From the IMG/VR virus record IMGVR_UViG_3300044984_001938: a stretch of DNA of 64,000 bases. The stretch is one strand, 5' to 3'. Each line of letters opens with the position of its first letter. The stretch's first letter is position 1. Shown here in pieces: positions 55,650 to 64,000 of the stretch. A program made the position numbers and the translations under genes. Source of the DNA: a virus. Taxonomy: Duplodnaviria; Heunggongvirae; Uroviricota; Caudoviricetes. A model generated the notes under the pieces. That model saw nothing but the letters and a program-made list of their open reading frames with translations. It ran no database searches and was not told the DNA's origin.

Positions 55650-56252
55650 TTATCCACTAAAACCAGTTGGAAATTTATACAATGATTCATTTATAGGGGT
55701 TGTATACCCCTTTAATACAGTGTAATGAATACACTGAGCATTCTGATTGGAATCATCATTATAGTATGAAAGGAACTGTTTTAAATAAAACTGTACATCA
55801 AATTTTTCAGTAAGATCGTTTATTTTGAAATTACTTTTATGAATTTCATATTTATTATTTTCATAATCATATTGTGGCGAGTTAGTTGGCCATACAATTA
55901 TTATCCATTTACTTCTATAAAGAAAATAATCTAGATAATCTATTGCTGTTGAACGAAATAAATGTTCTAACACATCACCAAATATAACTAGATCATACTG
56001 GAATTTGTACTGCGTATCAATGAAAGTTGTCAAATCAACCGGATGTACTGTATCATATAAATTTTCAAGATTAAAATCTGTTATATAAGAACTAGTAGGC
56101 TCAATACATTCCAAGACACCGCTATATCCCAAATCTCTAATTAATTTTCCATTTTTACCAGCGCCAGCCCCTACATCTAATATAGAGGTTGGCTTGATAT
56201 TTCTCACATGATCTTGTAGTATACTGTCAAAATTTGTTGCTGAATGTGGCAT
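55650..56252 (-). CDS. class I SAM methyltransferase
   Basis: ILDVGAGAGK; YDLVIFGDVLEH. Confidence 0.88.
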   Translation of the reverse strand: MPHSATNFDSILQDHVRNIKPTSILDVGAGAGKNGKLIRDLGYSGVLECIEPTSSYITDFNLENLYDTVHPVDLTTFIDTQYKFQYDLVIFGDVLEHLFRSTAIDYLDYFLYRSKWIIIVWPTNSPQYDYENNKYEIHKSNFKINDLTEKFDVQFYLKQFLSYYNDDSNQNAQCIHYTVLKGYTTPINESLYKFPTGFSG

Positions 56253-56255
56253 AAT

Positions 56256-57386
56256 TTATCTAGGTAAATCTTTCTTTAGCCAATCAAGATTAGTTCTGTC
56301 CTCGTGCATTTGATACCAGCCTTTCCCAACATGTACATCTAATACCATTTGAAAGTATTCTTCATACATGGGTGCTACTTTTTCTAATGTAAAGTTTTCA
56401 GCAAACTTCCTGCAATTCTTTGGATCAATCTTATCAATATTTTTTGCTGCCCATACAAACTGATCAAATGTATGACAACGATAGCCAGTATATCCGTGAA
56501 TGTTATTCTCAGTGAAACTTCCCCAGTCAGTGGTAATTGTAGGTGTACCACTCATTAGCATTTCAATTTGAACGCCTCCAAAGGGCTCAACATACATACT
56601 TGGAACGAATGCAGCTTTAGCATTACTCATTAACTCTTTGCGTTTGGCTACATCAGCATAACCTACAAACTCCACATGACTAGGGAATGTTAAATTATCT
56701 GGATTCTGTCCTGCAATGATTAGTTTAGCACCAATTGCTTCTGTTGCTTGTATTGCTACTTGAATGCCTTTACCATCGTATACTCTTCCTAGAAATAAGA
56801 AGTAATCTTGTTTCTTTTCTTTAAATTCAAAGTCATCTGGATCAAAGTAGTTTGGTATAACAGCATCATACCAATCTGATTTGCAAGTACCAACTGCATC
56901 TAATCCATAGTAAGCGTGATAGATAGCGTAACTTTCAAATATCTTCCATCGTGCCCAATGTCCACCGGCGTAGCCAATACCCGGTTCAACTATAATCATA
57001 TCTGAATGTGCATCGCAAATTGGTCTGACACCACTGCCCCAGAAAGGTAATATGAAGTCATTCGTTTGTTTGCGTTTACCAACTTCTCTGATAGCATTTG
57101 CATAGAATGTTTGATAAGCATGATCATCTGTGCTGAATTTGAAGAAGTTCTTACGCCAATCATAATCACCGTACGCAATTTTCCAATCTTCATTGGTGAT
57201 TACAGTTACATGTTCATCACAAACTAAATCACTATCTTCATGCCCATAATGAATAATTGTATGCCCGCGGGCTTTCATCATTTTACCAAATTTCAAAACC
57301 TTAGCGGTATAAGCACACGCATTAAATTCTTTATTAGTGACGGTATGTGGTAAGCCTAGTATGTGGAATCTAAATTTGTTATTCAT
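56256..57386 (-). CDS. GT4 glycosyltransferase
   Basis: [10 protein letters not shown]; [14 protein letters not shown]. Confidence 0.9.
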   Translation of the reverse strand: MNNKFRFHILGLPHTVTNKEFNACAYTAKVLKFGKMMKARGHTIIHYGHEDSDLVCDEHVTVITNEDWKIAYGDYDWRKNFFKFSTDDHAYQTFYANAIREVGKRKQTNDFILPFWGSGVRPICDAHSDMIIVEPGIGYAGGHWARWKIFESYAIYHAYYGLDAVGTCKSDWYDAVIPNYFDPDDFEFKEKKQDYFLFLGRVYDGKGIQVAIQATEAIGAKLIIAGQNPDNLTFPSHVEFVGYADVAKRKELMSNAKAAFVPSMYVEPFGGVQIEMLMSGTPTITTDWGSFTENNIHGYTGYRCHTFDQFVWAAKNIDKIDPKNCRKFAENFTLEKVAPMYEEYFQMVLDVHVGKGWYQMHEDRTNLDWLKKDLPR

Positions 57387-57424
57387 TTAGATATTTACAC
57401 TAGGCCTTTCATTGCCGAAAAAAA

Positions 57425-58270
57425 TTAAGGATTACTTATGGATTTTATAACCCAGAAATCCGATGACATTTGGGTATTAGCGATAACTTGGAATGGCATA
57501 TAGAAGTAACCCTTGTCACCCCATCTTGTTCCCCAACTATTTCTAGCTATGAATGTATTGTTGGTTTTGTTATACCCAACAAGCAATACAGCATGTCCAC
57601 CTAATAATCTTTCTTTCTTTATATTAGGATAGGGCATTACCCCTGTTCTTGTTACAATAGGGCTACCAAAACTTGAATATACACTAAATCCAATTGTAAC
57701 TGGATACCCAGCCGTAATAGCATCTATTACTTGATTAAAGTCTGCTGCTCTTTGATATGATGTAACTTTTCTTTTTGCTGCATCAATCAATGCTAGTTTT
57801 GATGGAGCAGTTCTAAACTTACTTATATTATATGGCCATAAGTTTTCTGTTGGTGCTCCGTAAGTATAACATGCTTTGATCCCATCCCGTATATAAGCTC
57901 CACTGTCATAATTTATAGTTCCTATAAACATGCGCTCATAGTAATAGATGAATAGGCGGCTTATGTCAAGTGTCCTTTTTTGGCGTTTGTGCAATAATTC
58001 AATCGCACCTGCAATAGCATTACCAGTACAGCTACCCAAATTACCTTGATCTTCAATTAATGAACAGTATTGTCTTAAGTCTACTATGTCAGATTGTGTT
58101 TTGTTTGCCAATTGATATGGATGATCTCTAGTGTCTATCTTATCTTTGACCCAGTGATATTTGGGAATGGTAAAGTCTAATTTAAAAGATTTAACTTTTT
58201 GAACAATAGGTCTACGATGTAAACCCGGATCTTGTTCTATATCTATTATTGTACTTGGATCTTGTTTCAT
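57425..58270 (-). CDS. papain-family (C1A) cysteine peptidase
   Basis: DQGNLGSCT; GGHAV; RNSWG..WGDKGY. Confidence 0.95.
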   Translation of the reverse strand: MKQDPSTIIDIEQDPGLHRRPIVQKVKSFKLDFTIPKYHWVKDKIDTRDHPYQLANKTQSDIVDLRQYCSLIEDQGNLGSCTGNAIAGAIELLHKRQKRTLDISRLFIYYYERMFIGTINYDSGAYIRDGIKACYTYGAPTENLWPYNISKFRTAPSKLALIDAAKRKVTSYQRAADFNQVIDAITAGYPVTIGFSVYSSFGSPIVTRTGVMPYPNIKKERLLGGHAVLLVGYNKTNNTFIARNSWGTRWGDKGYFYMPFQVIANTQMSSDFWVIKSISNP

Positions 58271-58350
58271 ATGTTTTCTTATAATTATGTTAAATCAAAC
58301 AGTATTAGCTCTGCTTTGGGGGTGTTATGTGATTCACCTGTATAAATTAT

Positions 58351-60756
58351 TTAACTCCATTCGGTACTAGTACCTAACTGTGTAGGAGGTACATATGCTG
58401 TAAATGTAGCGGGGAAAGCAAATGTCCCTGCTTGTGCCGAACCAGCATCATAAACACTATTTGTCTCCCACCCTGATACTGTGGTATCTACTGGCATAAG
58501 GAGTACGAGCGGAGTGCCAAGATAGAATTCAAATCTAGCTATACCTCTACCACCTGTGCTCCATGAGACATACCAGGCGTAAGGTTGATTTATATTAATT
58601 CCGGCTGCACTGATGGCTGCACTCATGCGAGCGATCAAATCAGCAGAAGGAGTAAAAGCAAACCCGTTGCTTAAATTATCACCGGCGCTAACAGTAAACT
58701 GACTAGGGCTATCTAGTGTTGGTCCACTACCATCAAATGTGTATGGATTTATGATATCAGCAGAACTGATAATAAATGTTGGAACAGTAACAGCATATAA
58801 CCAGTTAGGACCAATAGCATCAACTCCAACTGCCACAAACGATTTTGTTATTGTACTATATTCAACTGCCCTCATATATCCCTCAGCAGTACTACCATTA
58901 AATAATGAAGGATAAGACCAATAGATTCCGTCTGGTGATGAAATGTATAATGGTTGTGCTATCGCTCCCACTTGAACTTGTCCTACTCCGACAAATCCGC
59001 CATTTGGACTTACTGCTAATGATAATATTTCCATGAGACTAGTAGAACCAGAAATATATACCGGAGTCTTCCAAGTTGAACCGTCGCTTGATGTAGAAAA
59101 TCCAATACCACCAAAAATAGTACCAACTGATACAAACAAATTGTGGTAACTTGACCAGACAATTGAACTGGGTTCAAAAAATGAATTAACGATTTGGGCT
59201 GAAGTCCAATTACTACCGTCTGTAGAAATAGAAAACCACGGAGTTTGATCGTTTGAATCGTATCCTGTTACAACAAATTTCCCAGATGAATCAACTGTGA
59301 TATCTGCACCAAAAAAGTATAATCCATTAGGGACATCAGGTAAGACAGTTGGTGTAGTCCAAGTTGATATATTAGCTGATGTGGCATATCCGGCGAATCC
59401 ACCAGGTAGAATCATAATGGCCACAAACAACCCAGCACTATTAACGGTAATTGCATACACAGTTGAGATTAATATAGTGTCTATTATTGTAGGACTAGAC
59501 CAAGTGATACCATCAGATGATGTAGAATATATAGGATATGTAACAGGACTACCAAGAGTTCCAATTGCTAAAAATAAATTATGATAACTTGACCATGTAA
59601 CCCGATACATAAATGTATTAGCAGATATTGCTGTAGCTGGACCAGTCCAAGTATAACCATCACTTGAAGTAGCACTACCAAAGTCACCGTTTGAGCCAAC
59701 CACAGTGATTAACCCTGCTGTAGTAATTGCACTGCAATTTACTTGTAGCGAAGATTGAAATGCACCCGCATTCATAATTATTGGTGTAGTAAATGTTGGC
59801 GGTCCAAGTCCAAATCTATTTTGATTAGCAATCCAACTTGCTTCTATTTCCGCCGCGCTCATTGCATTTTGATATATGTTAACAATGCCTAAATTACCTC
59901 CCCAGAACTCTAGAAACTCCCATCGTTTCATTAAAATAATACCTCCGTTACTAGATAGAGGTGCTTCGGTACTCGGACCAGTGTCAACTAATGTATGGTT
60001 CACATACAGTTTAACTTCAAGTCCATCATACGAACCTATAATCTGATACCAGTTTCCAGGTATTAATGTATACCCAATTGGATTTTCTATAAATGCGCCA
60101 TCAAGATAAAATCCTGTTTGTAACTTTGGGCTGTTGTCATTTAAACTGCCCAAAGCATAATTGATACTGCTTGTTGTTCCCGGGTATACTTCAGTAACAA
60201 TACACGGTGAACCGCCATCACTAGTACCGGCATAATAGTGCCACACTTCAACTGTCCACTTATCCAATGTAGATAAACTTATTGGACATTGTGCGTATTG
60301 TTGTGATGCCGGTACGAATTCAAAACTACCACCTACTGCAGGATAGTCATATACTACCCCGTTCTGTAATAAGAATGGTTTATTAGACACTGAATCAAAC
60401 CAAGTAAACTCGTTAGTAAATTCATACGAGTCTGCGTTGATGAAGGTTCCACCTGTGATAGTGATAGTAAATAATACTGAATCAACTGCTGTAACTACCC
60501 AATCAGTATGCCCAACAACTGTCCATCCAGCAATAATATTACCAAAACCTCCTGAGGATGGAGGATTGACCCAACCGTTAGGGAAGAATCCAACATTAGA
60601 ATTTACCCCTGAATCATTTTGTTGTGGGTCAGTTGGATCGATTGCGAATGTAGAAGCATCAAGATTTAGCAATAGTATTGCGGGTTCAGGTGATATACCA
60701 ATGTATACACCTCGATCTATTGAAACACCATCTGTTATTGTAATACCATCTGACAT
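58351..60756 (-). CDS. virion protein with LamG/ConA domain and propeller repeats
   Basis: WYQIIGSYDG..VKLYVN; repeated SSDGxxW. Confidence 0.75.
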   Translation of the reverse strand: MSDGITITDGVSIDRGVYIGISPEPAILLLNLDASTFAIDPTDPQQNDSGVNSNVGFFPNGWVNPPSSGGFGNIIAGWTVVGHTDWVVTAVDSVLFTITITGGTFINADSYEFTNEFTWFDSVSNKPFLLQNGVVYDYPAVGGSFEFVPASQQYAQCPISLSTLDKWTVEVWHYYAGTSDGGSPCIVTEVYPGTTSSINYALGSLNDNSPKLQTGFYLDGAFIENPIGYTLIPGNWYQIIGSYDGLEVKLYVNHTLVDTGPSTEAPLSSNGGIILMKRWEFLEFWGGNLGIVNIYQNAMSAAEIEASWIANQNRFGLGPPTFTTPIIMNAGAFQSSLQVNCSAITTAGLITVVGSNGDFGSATSSDGYTWTGPATAISANTFMYRVTWSSYHNLFLAIGTLGSPVTYPIYSTSSDGITWSSPTIIDTILISTVYAITVNSAGLFVAIMILPGGFAGYATSANISTWTTPTVLPDVPNGLYFFGADITVDSSGKFVVTGYDSNDQTPWFSISTDGSNWTSAQIVNSFFEPSSIVWSSYHNLFVSVGTIFGGIGFSTSSDGSTWKTPVYISGSTSLMEILSLAVSPNGGFVGVGQVQVGAIAQPLYISSPDGIYWSYPSLFNGSTAEGYMRAVEYSTITKSFVAVGVDAIGPNWLYAVTVPTFIISSADIINPYTFDGSGPTLDSPSQFTVSAGDNLSNGFAFTPSADLIARMSAAISAAGININQPYAWYVSWSTGGRGIARFEFYLGTPLVLLMPVDTTVSGWETNSVYDAGSAQAGTFAFPATFTAYVPPTQLGTSTEWS

Positions 60757-60817
60757 TTATTTCCTTTCTTATTAACACCAGTTGATATTCCTCCGCTGAT
60801 TGGTAATGCCATTTTGG

Positions 60818-63800
60818 TTATCCTATACGCCAGTTAGTACCATCACACCAAACACTTACAGTATTTGATCCACTGTTACCCACGATTGCACCAAAGTTTC
60901 CTACTGGTGCTAAGTTTGCATCACTAACGAATGCTCTAAATCCTGCTACTACAAATTGACCAGATGGTAATGTATCTACTGTTAGAACAGGACTTTGAGT
61001 AACACCGGCTTCCGTAAACAAATAGTTTTTAGAATTGGTTGTTAATTTAATACCGTTTACTGATGGTAGTCTATTTGGTAGTGTGAACTGGCCAATCTGT
61101 TGACCAACTCCAGTTCCACTTACAGTAAATGTTCCGCCACCACCACCGGTATATGCTCCGGTAACCGTTGTAGGTGTGCCGCCTAGTATGATTGCATCGC
61201 CTACTTCCATTAATGCTAACACTCCTAACATATAAGTAGAAGATGCATTAGTAAATGTTAGTGTAGTGCCGGACCAGATTAAATCATCATATTGATATAA
61301 TATATCAAAGGTAGCAAGTGGAATGTTATTTGTTACATTACCACCTTGTGGTAATGTTAGGTTACCAGCAGTGTCAAATGTCCAGGTCTGTGTGCCATTG
61401 GCATCACCGGCTTGTATAGACACATTACCATTAACATTGACAGCGACATTAGCAAAGTTATCAGTTCCGAGAATAACAGTTTCACCGTTGCCAGCAATGT
61501 GAATGTCTGGACCTGCGGTTAGAAAGATATCCAGATAAGCACTAGCGTTAGCAGAGTCTGGTTGTAACTTTAAGTTACCATTACCAATAATATTGATATC
61601 GCTGAATGTAACATTACCTGTATTAGCACCGCCTCCACCAATTGATACTTGAGTACCGTTAGCATAGTTGACTTGGAATGTATTGGCTGGTAATGTTAAG
61701 TTACCATCTGCGCCAAAAATCCATTGATTTGTTCCGGTAGACAAAGATATTGTGCCAGGTGTAGTTGGTCCGGCACCGCTGTATATTTCAACATTACCTC
61801 CGATGTATGGTCCCGTAGCATTTCCACCTCTTAGTACAAGGTTTCCACCTACTTCTCCCCAACTTTGATTACCTATGTTGGAACCTGCATCACCGGCAGT
61901 GATGGTTAGATCGCCACCTGCTCCAGCATTAAGACTTGATGCAGCAATGCCGCCTGTGCCAGCACTAATTGTTAACGGATCTCCGGCTGTACCGGCGGTG
62001 CCGGGAGACACCGCATTGGCGCCGTTGACAGTCTTTAAAATATTGTTAGGAAATGTTGTTGTACCATCTGCACCGAAGGCCCACCAGCCACTAAAATTAG
62101 CAACAACCTCGTTTTCGTTCATGCCAATGTAAAGACCAAGCCGGTTTATATACATTACATTTCGAAGGACAGTATTATCATAAAAATTGACAGCAGGATC
62201 ATCTGCATCCATCCAGTCTAATTCTGGTCCACCATGCGTACCATCACTACCATATGCTAATAGTGTTGGAAATCCGTTAGCAGATTGTATAACACCAATT
62301 GATGGGTTTGTTGAATTTGGAGGCAACGATAATGTACCGTCATTACCAAACTGCCATGTGCCGCCGGTTATGCCAGGTTTAGAAAAACTGTACGGAGCGT
62401 TTAAATTAGGATCTGGGGAAACCCAAGATGTTGTTATTGTCCATTCAGGGTTAGTGCCAGTTATAGCAGTTACTTGGTATGTGGATCCGATTCCATCAGT
62501 TATATTATCACCAATACTAACTATAGTATCTAGATCATTAAGTGAAATCTGGACATCAGCGCCGCCACCATTGAACCCTGTTATACCATATATATAATAT
62601 GGGCCAGTCTCTATGTTTATACTGCCATTAGAAACTATCGGACCTTCAAATGGCAGTGTTAAACTACCATCTTGTCCAAATTTCCAAAGCGTATCGGAGT
62701 AGCTTCCTGCGGCGATATAACTAGTAAATGTTAAACTTATTCCAGTATCATCTAAAAATGCTGTACTACGAGTAATATTGCCTATTGATGTGGCACCTGG
62801 TCTATCCCATGATAGTCTTGTAGACTCTCCTTCACTAACTATACTTATGCCGTTTGCGGAGTAAATGTCGTAATAGTCGCCGAGAAATCCGCCGCCCGGC
62901 AATGTCAATGTACCCTCTGTGCCAAAAGTCCAGATATTTCCATTCGCTATAACATTAATATTGTCAGTTGACTCAATGTTACCACCGCCACCCGAAGTCA
63001 ACGATATCGTATTAGCTGCAACTATATTAGCACCAGTAATATTGCCATTGCCTGTAAATTGCAATGCATTATTGGCATTACTAATTCTCATAAATTCATT
63101 TATTAGTTCAAACCCACCTGTACCAAATATTATATCATTTACTGTACCGTTTTCGCCAGTTGATAATATTAAGTTGCCGCCGCGGCCTCCCGGTGATTGA
63201 CCATCAAAGAATGATTGGACGAAAAGATAGCCATCACCTGGTCCAATGAAAGTAAAGTTAGGATCGGCATAACCTGAACTAGTGAAGCCCATATCGATCC
63301 ACCCACCCATATCACTACCACGATGCCCGTACGCTACCCAGTCAGCAGAACCAATATCTGAAACATTAACAATTGCTGCCTGCACATATGCTATATCAGT
63401 TGAACTAATAAGTAATGTAGAACCACCTATATCATCTAACACATCAGCACCCGGACCAACAAATAAATTGGTTCCAGTAATCGTTACATTGCCTGGTAAA
63501 GATACATTACCAGCTGAATCAAAATTCCATGCGTGAGTTCCGTTACTAGTTATAACAACATTGCCATTTGCATTTGCAATGTTTATATTACTATTGCCAT
63601 TAGCAATACTTGATTGAATGTTACCTAATGATACTGGTGTACCGTTAGCATAGTTGACTGCAAATGTATTAGCCGGCAATGTTAGATTACCATCATCGCC
63701 AAATCTCCAAGTTTTGTCAGTGTTGGCATTGTCAGTCACAATGTCAAAGTTAGCTGCGGAAGTTACGCTGAAGAAATCATTTAGACTTGGTGCCGCACTA

Positions 63801-64000
63801 GGGTCACCGGAGAAATCAATGTTCCCAGCTACTGTTAATATATTTGAAGTGTTATCAAAAGTAAATCCCGTTGCACCTCCAAAATCACCGGCATTGTTGA
63901 ACTGAACTTGAGTATTACTTCCACCGACTACACCGTTACCATTGCCGCCACCTGATACCCAAGCAAGATTGCCAGTGCCATCTGTTTGTAGTATATACCC
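60818..64000 (-). CDS. tail fibre protein (5'-truncated by the window edge)
   Basis: Frame is open from 64000 (GYILQTDGTGNL..GSNTQVQFN); repeated WxFGxDGxLTLP units. Confidence 0.8.
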   Translation of the reverse strand, partial: GYILQTDGTGNLAWVSGGGNGNGVVGGSNTQVQFNNAGDFGGATGFTFDNTSNILTVAGNIDFSGDPSAAPSLNDFFSVTSAANFDIVTDNANTDKTWRFGDDGNLTLPANTFAVNYANGTPVSLGNIQSSIANGNSNINIANANGNVVITSNGTHAWNFDSAGNVSLPGNVTITGTNLFVGPGADVLDDIGGSTLLISSTDIAYVQAAIVNVSDIGSADWVAYGHRGSDMGGWIDMGFTSSGYADPNFTFIGPGDGYLFVQSFFDGQSPGGRGGNLILSTGENGTVNDIIFGTGGFELINEFMRISNANNALQFTGNGNITGANIVAANTISLTSGGGGNIESTDNINVIANGNIWTFGTEGTLTLPGGGFLGDYYDIYSANGISIVSEGESTRLSWDRPGATSIGNITRSTAFLDDTGISLTFTSYIAAGSYSDTLWKFGQDGSLTLPFEGPIVSNGSINIETGPYYIYGITGFNGGGADVQISLNDLDTIVSIGDNITDGIGSTYQVTAITGTNPEWTITTSWVSPDPNLNAPYSFSKPGITGGTWQFGNDGTLSLPPNSTNPSIGVIQSANGFPTLLAYGSDGTHGGPELDWMDADDPAVNFYDNTVLRNVMYINRLGLYIGMNENEVVANFSGWWAFGADGTTTFPNNILKTVNGANAVSPGTAGTAGDPLTISAGTGGIAASSLNAGAGGDLTITAGDAGSNIGNQSWGEVGGNLVLRGGNATGPYIGGNVEIYSGAGPTTPGTISLSTGTNQWIFGADGNLTLPANTFQVNYANGTQVSIGGGGANTGNVTFSDINIIGNGNLKLQPDSANASAYLDIFLTAGPDIHIAGNGETVILGTDNFANVAVNVNGNVSIQAGDANGTQTWTFDTAGNLTLPQGGNVTNNIPLATFDILYQYDDLIWSGTTLTFTNASSTYMLGVLALMEVGDAIILGGTPTTVTGAYTGGGGGTFTVSGTGVGQQIGQFTLPNRLPSVNGIKLTTNSKNYLFTEAGVTQSPVLTVDTLPSGQFVVAGFRAFVSDANLAPVGNFGAIVGNSGSNTVSVWCDGTNWRIG

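Overview
This is 64 kb of a large AT-rich dsDNA phage genome, T4-like in style and probably infecting a proteobacterium (inferred from its iscU, rpoZ and sigma70 promoters). Layout: (1) 1-5 kb, virion/PAAR genes, a cell-wall hydrolase and IscU. (2) 5-16 kb, an enzyme island with four fatty-acid-desaturase homologues, several HxD...H oxygenase-like genes, a PP-loop protein, a RimK-like ligase and a decayed paralogue. (3) 16.2-29.8 kb, an array of about 37 tRNA genes covering all 20 amino acids, interleaved with homing-type nucleases, methyltransferases, two split tRNAs and many unexplained structured elements. (4) 29.8-36 kb, rpoZ, an ATP-grasp protein, a DUF2828/TROVE-like vWA protein, a phosphoesterase, an RNA ligase and a polynucleotide kinase. 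(5) 36-50 kb, small early genes behind repeated promoters, plus an R-M-like pair. (6) 50-64 kb, minus-strand tail fibres, glycosyltransferases and a papain-like peptidase. The strongest candidate for an undescribed system is a family of nine end-paired RNAs (7-bp stem, 3 nt, then CAGCA). They are scattered through the tRNA array and sit directly upstream of the Ro60/TROVE-like gene beside an RNA-repair module; some carry anticodon stem-loop mimics. All family assignments come from motif recognition by eye; no database searches were run.
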